Shown here: piece after piece, positions 1 through 10,025 of the stretch
How the letters are laid out: every line of letters starts with the position of its first letter
Position numbering within the stretch: the first letter of the stretch is position 1
Virus record (IMG/VR): IMGVR_UViG_2875450446_000004
DNA from: an uncultured virus (IMG/VR IMGVR_UViG_2875450446_000004)
Taxonomy: Duplodnaviria; Heunggongvirae; Uroviricota; Caudoviricetes
DNA: 64,000 nt
Reading direction: 5' to 3' (one strand)
The notes under the pieces: model-generated
Seen by the model: only the letters and a program-made list of their open reading frames with translations
Told to the model about the DNA's origin: nothing
Database searches by the model: none
Position numbers and translations under genes: made by a program

Positions 1-330
1 TCACGCGTCCTCCAACGCAACCCACACGATCTCCCTGAACGGTATGTCAACGCCGTCAATCCGCAATGACCCGCCGACCGGATCCACGGATTCAATCACG
101 CCGCTCACCCTCTCCGCCACCCAATTCCGCCAGTAACGGATTTCGCAATCCTGGCCGGTCCTGTACGCGTATTGTATCTTCGATTCAAAGTCCGACCACT
201 GCTCCGGATCAATCGATGGCTTCCGCTCATATGCGTGATCGATTTCGGATTTAAGGCGCCTAAGCTGCGCAATGTGCTCCGGCAAGAATATAGACGTCCA
301 TTTCATCGTCCCTCTATCGCGTAATGTCAT
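1..330 (-). CDS. YolD-like protein
   Basis: N-terminal LRDRGTMKWTSIFLPEH motif typical of the YolD family; LexA box upstream. Confidence 0.85.
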   Translation of the reverse strand: MTLRDRGTMKWTSIFLPEHIAQLRRLKSEIDHAYERKPSIDPEQWSDFESKIQYAYRTGQDCEIRYWRNWVAERVSGVIESVDPVGGSLRIDGVDIPFREIVWVALEDA

Positions 331-371
331 TCGTGGGTCCTCCTTCGGTCCTATTCGTTATCTATGACGAA

Positions 372-401
372 AGTATAACACGAACAAATGTTCGAACGCA
401 A
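372..401 (-). promoter_or_regulatory. SigA-like promoter with LexA (Cheo) box in the spacer, upstream of the yolD-like gene
   Basis: Minus strand TTGCGT-N18-TATACT with TG extension; CGAACAAATGTTCG at 381-394 fits GAAC-N4-GTTC. Confidence 0.8.
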
Positions 402-402
402 T

Positions 403-1221
403 CTATTCCGCTTGGAGGAACGTTTCGAACTCCGCCAATAGCCCAACGTTTTTAACGCGATTTTCACGGGCTTTTACCGTCCATGCGGCTTGTCGGAAGC
501 TAGCGTATAGGTAGTCGTCAAAGCGCCTAATTTTCTGCTGTTTTCGTTTGAGAATCGCTGCATGCCACGCTTCAACGAATGGTTGCGGATGCTCTTCGAG
601 TATTAGCGTCGGATCTACGCTCGCCTTAGCCCGCAATAAGATGCCGTAGTATTTATAAATTTCGTCTGCTTCGAAGTAGCGCGCCATTGCGGAGTAGATT
701 TCGCTTGGTAACGCGTTTTTAAGACCGCAGGCCGGCACCGTATCTATTACGTGATTTTTTGAAAGATTAATAGAATGCGATGGTTCATTCGTAATTTTAG
801 GCGCTTCAGACGTTGTCTCCGTTGACTTCGTCGTGTCCTCACGCGTGGTCATTGTCGACTGGTCATCTTCGGACAATTGCGTGTCCTCGACTCTTCTTCC
901 GACCGGGAGAATGACGATAATATTTGCGCCGTGGCCTCCGTTTATTTTCCGTGTTGTCGCGACCTTTTGGATGATCGAAAGTGATGCGAGTTTGTTGACG
1001 GCACGACGCGCAGTCTTGACGGACTTACCGATGAGGTCCGCGAGTGTCTCCGCTTTGAGATGCGCTGCGCCGGCGAACTTGACCGCATAGCGAGCGATCG
1101 TCTTCAACGTCAGCCGGTCCGTGTCGTTTAATTCGTATGTATTGCGCTTGATGTGTTCGTAGACTGCCGTGTTGAGTTCGGCCGTCGAATCGAACGTTTG
1201 ATGTTCCGCTAAGTAACGCAT
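403..1221 (-). CDS. Winged-HTH DNA-binding / replication-initiator-like protein
   Basis: HTH segment LKAETLADLIGKSVKTARRAVNKL, T/S-rich linker; RBS-like GGAAGGCGG precedes ATG at 1221. Confidence 0.6.
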   Translation of the reverse strand: MRYLAEHQTFDSTAELNTAVYEHIKRNTYELNDTDRLTLKTIARYAVKFAGAAHLKAETLADLIGKSVKTARRAVNKLASLSIIQKVATTRKINGGHGANIIVILPVGRRVEDTQLSEDDQSTMTTREDTTKSTETTSEAPKITNEPSHSINLSKNHVIDTVPACGLKNALPSEIYSAMARYFEADEIYKYYGILLRAKASVDPTLILEEHPQPFVEAWHAAILKRKQQKIRRFDDYLYASFRQAAWTVKARENRVKNVGLLAEFETFLQAE

Positions 1222-1243
1222 AACAATTCCGCCTTCCATCGTA

Positions 1244-1330
1244 TTATCGATATGGTGATAATTAAATAATATGGATTAATTATCGATATGTCAATAACAT
1301 ATTTACAAATTATCGATAACGCGATAGAAT
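1244..1330. promoter_or_regulatory. Divergent SigA promoters with three TTATCGATA operator boxes
   Basis: TTGACA-N17-TATTAT (minus, 1294-1266) and TTTACA-N17-TAGAAT (plus, 1302-1330); TTATCGATA at 1244, 1280, 1310. Confidence 0.65.
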
Positions 1331-1351
1331 ATAATCATCAAATGTTTAGAG

Positions 1352-1567
1352 GTGAATAAAATGCGCCTATACATAAAACTTGAGGAAATATTGGACAAGC
1401 GGGGAATAAAGAAGACGAAGTTCGCCGAAGAAATTGGCGTGAGGCATAATGTAATATCAGAACTCTGCGCAAATCAACGCAGCACTTTTAACAGGGAGCA
1501 TATCGCAAAGGTTGCGGAAGGTTTGGGGATTACTGATATGAATGAGTTATTCGAGGTTCGTGACTAA
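1352..1567 (+). CDS. XRE/Cro-family HTH transcriptional regulator
   Basis: 71 aa, LEEILDKRGIKKTKFAEEIGVRHNVISEL HTH pattern. Confidence 0.85.
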   Translation: MNKMRLYIKLEEILDKRGIKKTKFAEEIGVRHNVISELCANQRSTFNREHIAKVAEGLGITDMNELFEVRD

Positions 1568-1610
1568 AAGAAGAACCCCAACTAGTTAAAGTCGGGGAAC
1601 GGTTTACATT

Positions 1611-2378
1611 CTATTTATTTAAAACGGGATGTTCATAATAGTAATCCGCAATGAGCGAGAAATTATTTCTATCGAAATTTTCCCAGTTTATCTCCTCATT
1701 TGTTTTTCGTTCTAGTTGAATAGATAATACTTTTTCTGATTTGGAGTTCCCTTTAACATCAACTAAAGGAAAATTCCATATTAAGATTACCCTCTCTACT
1801 TCTTTGTTTTCGAAAACTTTTGGGAAGATCTTCTCGGCGTCCATGAACATCCCTTGCTTAATCATTTTAGAAGTTAAATTATCTGAACCATTTAAAGTTA
1901 TATTTACAGTTTTTTTAGGTCGGTTGTTATCGTCTGCGGTACTGATTAAGTCGACTTTAGATACTTTTTGCTTGTCTCCCGCTTTCTTGCCGACGAGCTT
2001 TTGTATATCTTTAACCAAACTCTCTTTGCTCAGTTTATCGGGATCCTTTTTAGTTTCCGAGCCACTGTTGCTCTTCTCTTTCTTTTCCTTCTCTTTATCA
2101 ACTTTTTCTACATTCTTTTTAGATTCTTGTTTACTATTTGAGGAATCCTTTTTCTCCTCTTTCACCGCGCTGTCACTACTTGCGGCAACGTTTCCTGTTT
2201 GATTTTCTCGCGTCGAGTACCCAACAATTGCTAATACCACAATAACGATACTCACGACAATTCGTGTGGCTACTGTCCATTTTTTATTAGCCCACATTAA
2301 AATTAAACCCACAGGAAAAAACACAATAAGCATAAGAATAGTAAACCAGTTTGACTTGTAAAACGGTGTTTCTTTCAA
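1611..2378 (-). CDS. Membrane-anchored exported protein (moron-like)
   Basis: Two N-terminal TM helices, K/E/S-rich linker, globular C-terminus; AT-rich; own promoter TTGCGG-N18-TATAAT at 2431-2402. Confidence 0.7.
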   Translation of the reverse strand: MKETPFYKSNWFTILMLIVFFPVGLILMWANKKWTVATRIVVSIVIVVLAIVGYSTRENQTGNVAASSDSAVKEEKKDSSNSKQESKKNVEKVDKEKEKKEKSNSGSETKKDPDKLSKESLVKDIQKLVGKKAGDKQKVSKVDLISTADDNNRPKKTVNITLNGSDNLTSKMIKQGMFMDAEKIFPKVFENKEVERVILIWNFPLVDVKGNSKSEKVLSIQLERKTNEEINWENFDRNNFSLIADYYYEHPVLNK

Positions 2379-2494
2379 TTGTCCCCCTCCTCACAGGTAA
2401 AATTATACGATACCGGAAGCTTTAACCGCAAACCAGTTTATGTATAAGAGCACCTACGAATTTATACGCAGGCGCCCGCCAAAAGTTCCGTTAT

Positions 2495-2725
2495 CTATTC
2501 GCCTTTTGTCCGCGCTTTCTTCGTCACGTCGTTATTTTTCCAGTACGCCCACAGCGAAGTCACGCCCATGAACGCGAGCGAAATAAATTGCTGCACGCCT
2601 TCCTCATCGACCGGAATCGGACTGTAACCTGTCATCGTAAGCGTCTGGTTAACGAGTGCCAGCGCAAGTAGTACGAACCGGGCGACTGTGCCCGCGCTAA
2701 TATTTTCGATTGTCTTTACGTTCAT
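2495..2725 (-). CDS. Phage holin (SPP1/XhlB-like)
   Basis: 76 aa, two TM segments, WAYWKNNDVT motif, adjacent to endolysin. Confidence 0.9.
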   Translation of the reverse strand: MNVKTIENISAGTVARFVLLALALVNQTLTMTGYSPIPVDEEGVQQFISLAFMGVTSLWAYWKNNDVTKKARTKGE

Positions 2726-2745
2726 AATATCGTCTCCCTTTTCGA

Positions 2746-3726
2746 TTAGTTTACGGAATAGCCGGCTTTTTTCAGCGCAGCAGCGAGTTTAGCTTTCGTA
2801 TTAGGTCCGTAAATTCCGTCCTGGCTCAATCCATACATCGACTGGAACCGTTTGACCGCGTTCGCCGTTTTCGGACCGTAATAGCCGTCGATTCCGTTGT
2901 TCTTAGCGCCTTTGTCCGGATAGAAGTAAACGGCAGCAAGCGCGGTCTGAACTTGCGTTACCTTCGTCCCTTTCGTCAGTGGGCTCGTTACTTTAAGGAC
3001 TCCGCCCGGCAGTGTGAACGTCTTTTTAGAAGATCCGGATTGTTTCGGGGCCGCAGCCGGTTTAGACGTCCCTGTAAGCTTCAGCACCTGACCAACGAAA
3101 ATTTTATTCGGATCCTTGATGTTGTTCCAGCTCTGAAGATTCGCCACGCTTACTCCATTCGCTTTAGCAATAGCGGAAAGTGTGTCGCCTTTCTTAACGG
3201 TATAAGTCGTGCCGGATGGTTTAGACGCTTGACCGCCGAGAGCTTTCAATTCCGCAGCGATAGCCGCTTTCACCGCTTCCCAACGTCCCTCATCGAGTAC
3301 ACGGTGCGGGCAGTATTTTCCGCTCCAATCCTGGTGTTTCTTAACGCGATCAACGCCCCAACCGCGCTCTTTTAAAAGCTGAGCGATGAATTTAATCGCA
3401 AGTTTTTCGGCCGCTTTATACTTAGCGCCGCCTGACTTCGAATAGCAAACTTCGACACCGATAGACGAACGATTGCCCGGTCCGTCACCATCTCCGCAAT
3501 GCCAAGCGTTACGGTTTGTCGGAATCCCCTGAACGACCTCTTTATCGTCGACTGCGAAATGGTAGCTCGTTGAACTGCCGTTCCGGTTCATGTACGCAAT
3601 CTCATTCGCTGCTGGAGCGTCGTTCGCCGTATTGTGGAACGTGATATACTTTGCGTTCATTGAATACGGACACTTGAGCGAATGTTTGCTTGACGCGACT
3701 AGATTTTTTCGGACTGAAATCGTCAT
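2746..3726 (-). CDS. Endolysin: N-acetylmuramoyl-L-alanine amidase with LysM and PG-binding domains (XlyA-like)
   Basis: HNTAND...NAWHCGDG...SGKYCPHR amidase motifs; [13 protein letters not shown]ys[19 protein letters not shown]-binding repeats. Confidence 0.93.
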   Translation of the reverse strand: MTISVRKNLVASSKHSLKCPYSMNAKYITFHNTANDAPAANEIAYMNRNGSSTSYHFAVDDKEVVQGIPTNRNAWHCGDGDGPGNRSSIGVEVCYSKSGGAKYKAAEKLAIKFIAQLLKERGWGVDRVKKHQDWSGKYCPHRVLDEGRWEAVKAAIAAELKALGGQASKPSGTTYTVKKGDTLSAIAKANGVSVANLQSWNNIKDPNKIFVGQVLKLTGTSKPAAAPKQSGSSKKTFTLPGGVLKVTSPLTKGTKVTQVQTALAAVYFYPDKGAKNNGIDGYYGPKTANAVKRFQSMYGLSQDGIYGPNTKAKLAAALKKAGYSVN

Positions 3727-3792
3727 TTAATCGTCTCCCTTTTCGTTAATTTTGCGCATATAAATAGCCCGCCGGACTCTCACCGAACGGGC

Positions 3793-4056
3793 TCATAAAA
3801 ATAGCGCAATCCCCGAGATCGCCAACCCGACGACCGTGAGAATTACGCCCCATAACCATTTCGTATTTGCTTTCATGTCGGAGATATCCGCTTGGCTTTC
3901 TTTGGCGAGTACCAACGCTTCATCCGCCTTTTCATGCGCTCGATCTGCCGTATGTTTTACTTCGTTGAAATAGTCGACCTTCGTATCGATTCGTACTAAC
4001 CATTCGCGAATGTCGGCTATTTTATCGTTCATTTCGTTGTTCGATGATTCGCCCAA
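3793..4056 (-). CDS. XhlA-like lysis accessory protein
   Basis: Coiled-coil N-terminus, NTKWLWG and C-terminal TM helix, upstream of endolysin. Confidence 0.75.
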   Translation of the reverse strand: MGESSNNEMNDKIADIREWLVRIDTKVDYFNEVKHTADRAHEKADEALVLAKESQADISDMKANTKWLWGVILTVVGLAISGIALFL

Positions 4057-4059
4057 TGA

Positions 4060-4254
4060 CTACGCCTCCTGTTCGCTATTAGTTACGTTCTCGTCTTCGC
4101 TTGGCGGCGAATCAGGATCGTAAGGATCTCCGGTAATTTCCTCGTATTGTTCCGGCGTAATCCGTCCGGCAGCCACAACGTCGTGCACTTGCTTTTTCGT
4201 CCAAAGCCCCTTTTCGTAAAATCCTTTAATATTCGTAAACCAATCGATTGCCAT
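4060..4254 (-). CDS. XkdX-family protein
   Basis: GRITPEQYEEITG motif. Confidence 0.85.
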   Translation of the reverse strand: MAIDWFTNIKGFYEKGLWTKKQVHDVVAAGRITPEQYEEITGDPYDPDSPPSEDENVTNSEQEA

Positions 4255-4536
4255 TTACGCTCCTCCTAACGCGATTAAATAGTATAGATCCGCGACCTGT
4301 TTCTGTAAAACTTCGATTTCTGATGGTCCGGGATCAGGCGGCCGTAAACTGTCGATATACTCCTGTGTAGCCGACTCATCCCATTTATTTTTTGATGCGT
4401 TATACTTAGGTTTATAAAGTCCATCAGGAGGTTTTACATCAGTGTAGAAGTCAGGGATGGCCTCTTCATCCTTGATCTCCCTATCTTCTCCTGGAATATA
4501 GATAAAATCCTCATCGTATTTGTAAATCCATGTCAT
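4255..4536 (-). CDS. Tail-fibre chaperone-like small protein
   Basis: YTDVKPPDGLYKPKY...W motif; lies between baseplate gene and xkdX-like gene. Confidence 0.6.
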   Translation of the reverse strand: MTWIYKYDEDFIYIPGEDREIKDEEAIPDFYTDVKPPDGLYKPKYNASKNKWDESATQEYIDSLRPPDPGPSEIEVLQKQVADLYYLIALGGA

Positions 4537-4548
4537 TCGAACCACTCC

Positions 4549-5916
4549 CTATGCCGATTTAAATTTAAACCCAAAAGCAATAAATTCGTTTGGATTTACC
4601 GTATTTGAGCAACTTTGGATATATACAGTACCGTCTGTTGCAATTTGTGTTCTATGATACTGAGGTATTGAATCTGTCCCGACACTCGAAGCTACACCAA
4701 TGAAATGGAAGGCTTGTAACGGACGATACCCTGTAGGCATTATAAAAGCTGGTACATCAAAACCGACAGTCCCCCCAGTTATAGATCCTATCACCTCCAC
4801 TTCACCTAGCACATTTTTGCTAAACTGAACCTTGTGTGATCCATACTGTTTCCACCCGTTTAACAAAGTAGGCGATTGCCAGTTAACTACTGTGTCGGTA
4901 TCTGTAATAACTCTTTGCCAGCCCCTAAAGACTCCATCTGTGTGGATGGTTGCGAACCACATCTTATTGTGGTAACTTGCTGTGGCTATAATTGTTTTTC
5001 TTCCAGAGTTCCCATCCATAATGTCATAATTGAACCATCCAGCATCATTAGGGTCAGGGGTATTAAGTAGTCTATTATTGAGACCGTAATAAAAACCAGG
5101 CGGCAAAGTTAATAAATCAGTACCATCAGGAATAAGGATTCGCACACCATTATCTTGTGTCAATTTATACAGTTGCCCCTTATTCCACTTAGTCCGCTCA
5201 TCAGCGGTAATATGACGTACATTATCTGCGGTATGTGCATCAAAATCCGTTTTTGCCGCCTGTTTAACGTTGTCAAGGTTGCTTAACCCGACCTGAGCTT
5301 TCGTTACCTTGTGCGGATTATCAATTTTATCCGCATGTACATCGGTATAAGCTTTCGCTTCAGCCTCAGCGGCGTCCGCTTTTTCCTGAGCGCCTTCTTT
5401 CGTTTCAATGTTATCGAGATTTTCGAACTTCTTCTGTAATTCAGCGATAACCCGTTCGGCATCATCAGCCATTTCTTGAACGGCGGCTTTTAGCGATTCA
5501 AAATCGTCGATATAGTATTCGGCCACCGGGGCGATGTCCTGATCAACGAGCGCCCGATCGATTTCGAACGAAAACTTATGCACGCTCATCTTTTGGCCGT
5601 TGTCGTAATTGACGTAAAGCTCAGCCTGCACCGTTCCATAATGCTTAACTTGTTCCGGTGTTAAGACATAAAAAATAACGCCCTTCAGCGCGTCTTGAAC
5701 TTCCGTATTAACGTAGAACTTGCTTCCGTCCGCAAACCGCATAAACAGTTTTCCATGAGTCGCCTTGGAGATCGGTAGTGGAACGCCGTCTTTCGTAAGG
5801 CTGAACGCTAGCTTTGCCGTATCTATATCCTGCGTACTGAATTGAATGTTCGCGGAAACACTTCGTTTGATTTGCGAGTTTACATCAAAATGGACTTCGG
5901 AATTTTTATAGATCAT
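4549..5916 (-). CDS. BppU-like baseplate upper / receptor-binding protein
   Basis: N-terminal FSTQDIDTAKL BppU-like region, NPHKVTKAQVGL fibre repeat, C-terminal beta-rich domain. Confidence 0.8.
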   Translation of the reverse strand: MIYKNSEVHFDVNSQIKRSVSANIQFSTQDIDTAKLAFSLTKDGVPLPISKATHGKLFMRFADGSKFYVNTEVQDALKGVIFYVLTPEQVKHYGTVQAELYVNYDNGQKMSVHKFSFEIDRALVDQDIAPVAEYYIDDFESLKAAVQEMADDAERVIAELQKKFENLDNIETKEGAQEKADAAEAEAKAYTDVHADKIDNPHKVTKAQVGLSNLDNVKQAAKTDFDAHTADNVRHITADERTKWNKGQLYKLTQDNGVRILIPDGTDLLTLPPGFYYGLNNRLLNTPDPNDAGWFNYDIMDGNSGRKTIIATASYHNKMWFATIHTDGVFRGWQRVITDTDTVVNWQSPTLLNGWKQYGSHKVQFSKNVLGEVEVIGSITGGTVGFDVPAFIMPTGYRPLQAFHFIGVASSVGTDSIPQYHRTQIATDGTVYIQSCSNTVNPNEFIAFGFKFKSA

Positions 5917-5934
5917 CGTATCCTCCTTCCCAGG

Positions 5935-7812
5935 TTATACCGTTTGATTAACGACCGGCTCTTGGTAATAAAATTCAGGGTTCGGAACGTAAGCGCCTGA
6001 AATAACGATATCACTGTTAGTGACTGTCACAAATACCCCCGCAATCAACCGCTTCTCGGTAGCATATATGTTGTTATTTCGTAGCGTAACGTTCTTTGAA
6101 GCGTTCGTTACATAGAGACCGTTATAGCGATCGAGCTCAGCTAAACCAACATTCGCGATTGTATTATCATGGACTTGCGATCGCTTCGTTGAGTCAGCGA
6201 GGTGGATTCCGTGACCGCCTGCTCCTGTCACCGTATTTCCAACGATCTGGAGGGTATCGCTGCTCGCACCAGATGCTCCGACGTATATTCCCGTAACCGC
6301 AATGTCCGTCAGTTGGTTCCTTGTGATAGTCGTATACTTTGCGGTAGCCAAAGAAATCCCGTTATGACCGGAGCCTTCAATCTGGTTGGCGTCAACTTTG
6401 ACGAATTTTGCCTCCTTGACATAGATAGCGTTGGCGTTGCTCGGCGTATTCTTTATTGTGTTTTTGCTAACCACAACGTTTAGGATTGTTCCGCCCCTAC
6501 CTTGCCCCCATACCGCGATGCCTCCGAGCAGATCATCCGAGAGCGTAAGCCTATCGATTGTATTGTTCTCGATGATCACGTTAGATTGCTCTTGCGATGC
6601 GTTCGTTTGTGTGCCGTCAACCGTAACCGTATCCTCAGGCTTGCCGACTAACGGAGGATTAACGATGATTCCCGATCCGCAGTTCGTAATCTCATTACCG
6701 GCAATGTAGACGTTATTCCACGCATAAGCACGAATTGCGGCGTTAATTGTCCCGCGGATTTTATTGTTAAGAATGCGTATATTTTCGTGCGATACTCCGA
6801 TGAATGAACTGTGCGATTCAACTGCGCGACCCCATGATGCCATTTTCGAGGAAGGACCGACTTCGCAGTTTTGAACCGTGATGTTCTTACACGGAGTGCC
6901 GTCGAAGCTTCCGTATGTGCCTAGCGTAGGCGGGTTGCCGTTTTTATCAAGGTCGATCTGGAAAGCTCCGCGATACTCGGCCCCGTCGAATCCGAACGCT
7001 TTAACGTTATCAATCAAGCCCGTATTAATACCGTTAAATTCAACGGCATGACCGCCACATACGTCATATACCGTAAGATCACGGACGGTAATGTTCTTTG
7101 CGTGCGCGATCAGGATCGCCTGGCCGCTTTTGAAAACGTCCCCATTCGACCGCCATGTTCCGCCTTCGATAACGATGTTTGAGTAGCCGTTATATTTCGT
7201 TAATCTCGGATTTCCTTTTTCTTTTTCGAAGTTTACGATAAAGTCTTCCGTGTGCTGCCGATCAAACACCGCGTTACTGTTTAAAGTAAGACGCGTATTC
7301 GACTTAATGAGTAACGTCTTTTTCAGCACATAGGGCGTAGAGCTAGCCGGAACATACACTTGAGCGCCGCCTAAATCGTACGCATCGTCTAAAGCACGCT
7401 GGATATAAAGACTGGCGTCTGCTTCGCCTGGGATCAGATAATTTAAAACGTTTAATGACCGACTTTGAAGATCCTTTTTAACCTGATTGTCCTCGTAGTC
7501 CAGCCGATCTTTAAGCGTAGGGTGTACAACCGCGTCCGTATCTACGCGAGCATCGACGACCTCTTTCACGTCTGTTCCATCGTGATTTAAAACTAAATTC
7601 GTAAATCTCGCCCATAGGTTATCGAGTCTATCAGAAACAGTAAAACCGCCGTGTTCGATTTGCTTCGACGTGTGGGCGGTTTTGGCAACTTTATGCTCAT
7701 CGATATACGATCGATTGGCTTTTATGTCCGAATCTATGTCGTCCAAGTTCTGGTTATAGTTGTTTCGGAATATACGGTCCCATACGTTCCCGGCTTTCCG
7801 GTATTTACTCAT
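5935..7812 (-). CDS. Tail spike with right-handed beta-helix (pectate-lyase-like depolymerase)
   Basis: EVVDARVD N-terminal motif, IQRALD..GGAQVYVP, many N/I/V-rich parallel beta-helix repeats. Confidence 0.8.
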   Translation of the reverse strand: MSKYRKAGNVWDRIFRNNYNQNLDDIDSDIKANRSYIDEHKVAKTAHTSKQIEHGGFTVSDRLDNLWARFTNLVLNHDGTDVKEVVDARVDTDAVVHPTLKDRLDYEDNQVKKDLQSRSLNVLNYLIPGEADASLYIQRALDDAYDLGGAQVYVPASSTPYVLKKTLLIKSNTRLTLNSNAVFDRQHTEDFIVNFEKEKGNPRLTKYNGYSNIVIEGGTWRSNGDVFKSGQAILIAHAKNITVRDLTVYDVCGGHAVEFNGINTGLIDNVKAFGFDGAEYRGAFQIDLDKNGNPPTLGTYGSFDGTPCKNITVQNCEVGPSSKMASWGRAVESHSSFIGVSHENIRILNNKIRGTINAAIRAYAWNNVYIAGNEITNCGSGIIVNPPLVGKPEDTVTVDGTQTNASQEQSNVIIENNTIDRLTLSDDLLGGIAVWGQGRGGTILNVVVSKNTIKNTPSNANAIYVKEAKFVKVDANQIEGSGHNGISLATAKYTTITRNQLTDIAVTGIYVGASGASSDTLQIVGNTVTGAGGHGIHLADSTKRSQVHDNTIANVGLAELDRYNGLYVTNASKNVTLRNNNIYATEKRLIAGVFVTVTNSDIVISGAYVPNPEFYYQEPVVNQTV

Positions 7813-7827
7813 ACGATACCTCCTTTA

Positions 7828-9195
7828 TTATTCTCCTACCTTCGCTTCAAGCGCTGCTAAACGATCCAATATCGACTGCATATCGACATCCCCGGCCGTC
7901 GGCATAATAATCCGCTTCAATTTCATAAAATCAGCCGCGCTCATTAACCCGTCGTTGTTTTCCGTCGCAAGAGCCACCACTACCTGACCGTCCGGCCCAA
8001 CGAGAATGTTCGCCAACTTTACGAAATCAGACGAACTCATCAAGCCATCAGCACTTGCCGAAGCCAGGCCGTATTGCGGAATGCTGAGTTTAGTCGGATC
8101 ATATCCCGGATCGAACGTCGTGTTGCCCCCGATTTTTATTGAACTCTCGCGAATCTTTCCCGTCGATGAATCAACGATTTTCGATATCGTCTTTTGAGTG
8201 CGTTTAAAATCCGAAACAATATCGGTAGACTTCCTCGTAATAGATCCGAGTGTGAACTTCGGAGATTTATAGGGATCAGAGTAATCCTCGACCTCCACCA
8301 CTCGCATCCGAACATCAATATCGAATGGCTCGATGATGCACCATACGTAGTCGCCTTTTCGAATATCTTGAATGCCCTGCGCCTGTAATTCGACGTAAGT
8401 CAAGGAGATCGATATGTCGATGCGGTCATGAAGGTCCGACTTTATCCGTTCCAGTAGGCTCGCCTTATCCGTATACCTCTCGTCACGAACCGGATCAGCA
8501 TGTCGAACACCTAATACGTCTGCTAGAGGACTTCTGTATTCCGCAGTTACTACGTAAGTTCCGTCTTCTTTCTTTTTGCCGAACCCCCGGATGTATGTTT
8601 TAAGAGAACTTGTATCGATATCTTTGGACGGATTGTTGATATTGAACGAATATCGCAACTGATTATCGGTATACCGCGCGATCTCTTTTGCAATGTAAAT
8701 TGTTTTATTTACACACTCATATTCGACTCCGAATTTCTCAGCGATAGAGTTTAACAATGCAAGAGACTTCGCATCGCCGAAATTCTCGACGGTTACAGAC
8801 TTTGCGATACCTTCCGAATCTACTTGATACGAGTATCCGGTACCTTCAAGCGCAAATTTAAGCATCGTATCGATCGAAAGTGCTTTTTCTCCTGCGATGA
8901 CGTCGTAAATGTACATGTCATCTAAATCGATAAACATCCGATGAACAGCTGTAGCAGTCGCCTTCATCTTGCTCCCGAAAGGCTTATTCGATGATGTCTT
9001 GATCACGTACTCCTCTTCGTCATAAATTAATGAATTCTCGTTCTGAATCAATGGAAAAGCGTGCTGATTTTGCGGTGTCAGCACGCCTGAAATAGAAATA
9101 GTCTTTTGGTTGTTTATACCGCTTTTTCGCGTTGTGCTAACGTCTGTTAGCATTTCAAACTGGCCGGCAAGGCTCTTTATAAATAAGTCCTTCAC
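7828..9195 (-). CDS. Tail tip protein (Tal / prophage tail endopeptidase family)
   Basis: Follows Dit; TYIRGFGKK motif; C-terminal DGLMS repeats. Confidence 0.8.
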   Translation of the reverse strand: MKDLFIKSLAGQFEMLTDVSTTRKSGINNQKTISISGVLTPQNQHAFPLIQNENSLIYDEEEYVIKTSSNKPFGSKMKATATAVHRMFIDLDDMYIYDVIAGEKALSIDTMLKFALEGTGYSYQVDSEGIAKSVTVENFGDAKSLALLNSIAEKFGVEYECVNKTIYIAKEIARYTDNQLRYSFNINNPSKDIDTSSLKTYIRGFGKKKEDGTYVVTAEYRSPLADVLGVRHADPVRDERYTDKASLLERIKSDLHDRIDISISLTYVELQAQGIQDIRKGDYVWCIIEPFDIDVRMRVVEVEDYSDPYKSPKFTLGSITRKSTDIVSDFKRTQKTISKIVDSSTGKIRESSIKIGGNTTFDPGYDPTKLSIPQYGLASASADGLMSSSDFVKLANILVGPDGQVVVALATENNDGLMSAADFMKLKRIIMPTAGDVDMQSILDRLAALEAKVGE

Positions 9196-9206
9196 GCGCT
9201 CACCGC

Positions 9207-10025
9207 CTATAAAAAGTAAAAGCGAAAGTCGAATGTAATCTCGAAACTTCCGCTTGTACCTGATAATTTAAAATTGTTCCAGCCAGGGGCAATCGAAATC
9301 AGCTTCCGATTTGTCACTCCGAAAATACTATTATTGTTTTTAGTCGCCCTCACGCGATCGAGAATAATCGTATCTCCGGATGCAGACGACCCGGTGTATT
9401 TCCAAACGTCGCCCGTCGTGCTGTTCGTGACCGTTAAGTTATTTGACGCACCTTTATATACGATACGCAAAGGGAATTGCCGAGGGTCAATCGTTTCGTC
9501 CCCAGCGTTGAAAATTCTAAATGACGTCGATTTATGCGTATATGTCGGTACCTCATCGATAAGCCCCTCGCCAATCTGCCATATATCCGAATCAAAAGTA
9601 AACGGGTTTAACGTCGTCCCGATCGACTCGGCAAACGGACTGAACGAAATGAAGTCGATGTCAAACATTCCGTACACCCACTGTTGATCTATTGAATAGT
9701 CGGCGTTGGTTTTTACGAGCCACCGTTTGCCCGGGTTGTATGATTCCGTAATATAGAACGGTTGACGCGAATCAAACAGTTTGAACACTTCGTCACGCAT
9801 TAAATAGTAATCAGGAACATCGGCCGCTTTTAAATAGAACGAGCACTTTATAATCCGTGCGTCATACGTTGTTCCACAATCAACAAGCCCATGTAGTCCG
9901 TCAACTTGCTCCGTTTCATTGCGAGGCGAAGGAGATGACGGATTAAATTCACGCGTTGTAATTCCGAGCTTTTCCAAATCGTAAACGGTGCCGCTTAACG
10001 TTGTGATAATCGTATTCAACCTCAA
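9207..10025 (-). CDS. Distal tail protein (Dit)
   Basis: Directly downstream of tape measure; IFNAGD and ISIAPGWNNF motifs. Confidence 0.85.
   Translation of the reverse strand: MRLNTIITTLSGTVYDLEKLGITTREFNPSSPSPRNETEQVDGLHGLVDCGTTYDARIIKCSFYLKAADVPDYYLMRDEVFKLFDSRQPFYITESYNPGKRWLVKTNADYSIDQQWVYGMFDIDFISFSPFAESIGTTLNPFTFDSDIWQIGEGLIDEVPTYTHKSTSFRIFNAGDETIDPRQFPLRIVYKGASNNLTVTNSTTGDVWKYTGSSASGDTIILDRVRATKNNNSIFGVTNRKLISIAPGWNNFKLSGTSGSFEITFDFRFYFL

Noticed and set aside
3767..3792. Hairpin between the xhlA-like gene and endolysin as a riboswitch
   Set aside because: Single short stem with weak U-tract; at most an attenuating or stabilising hairpin
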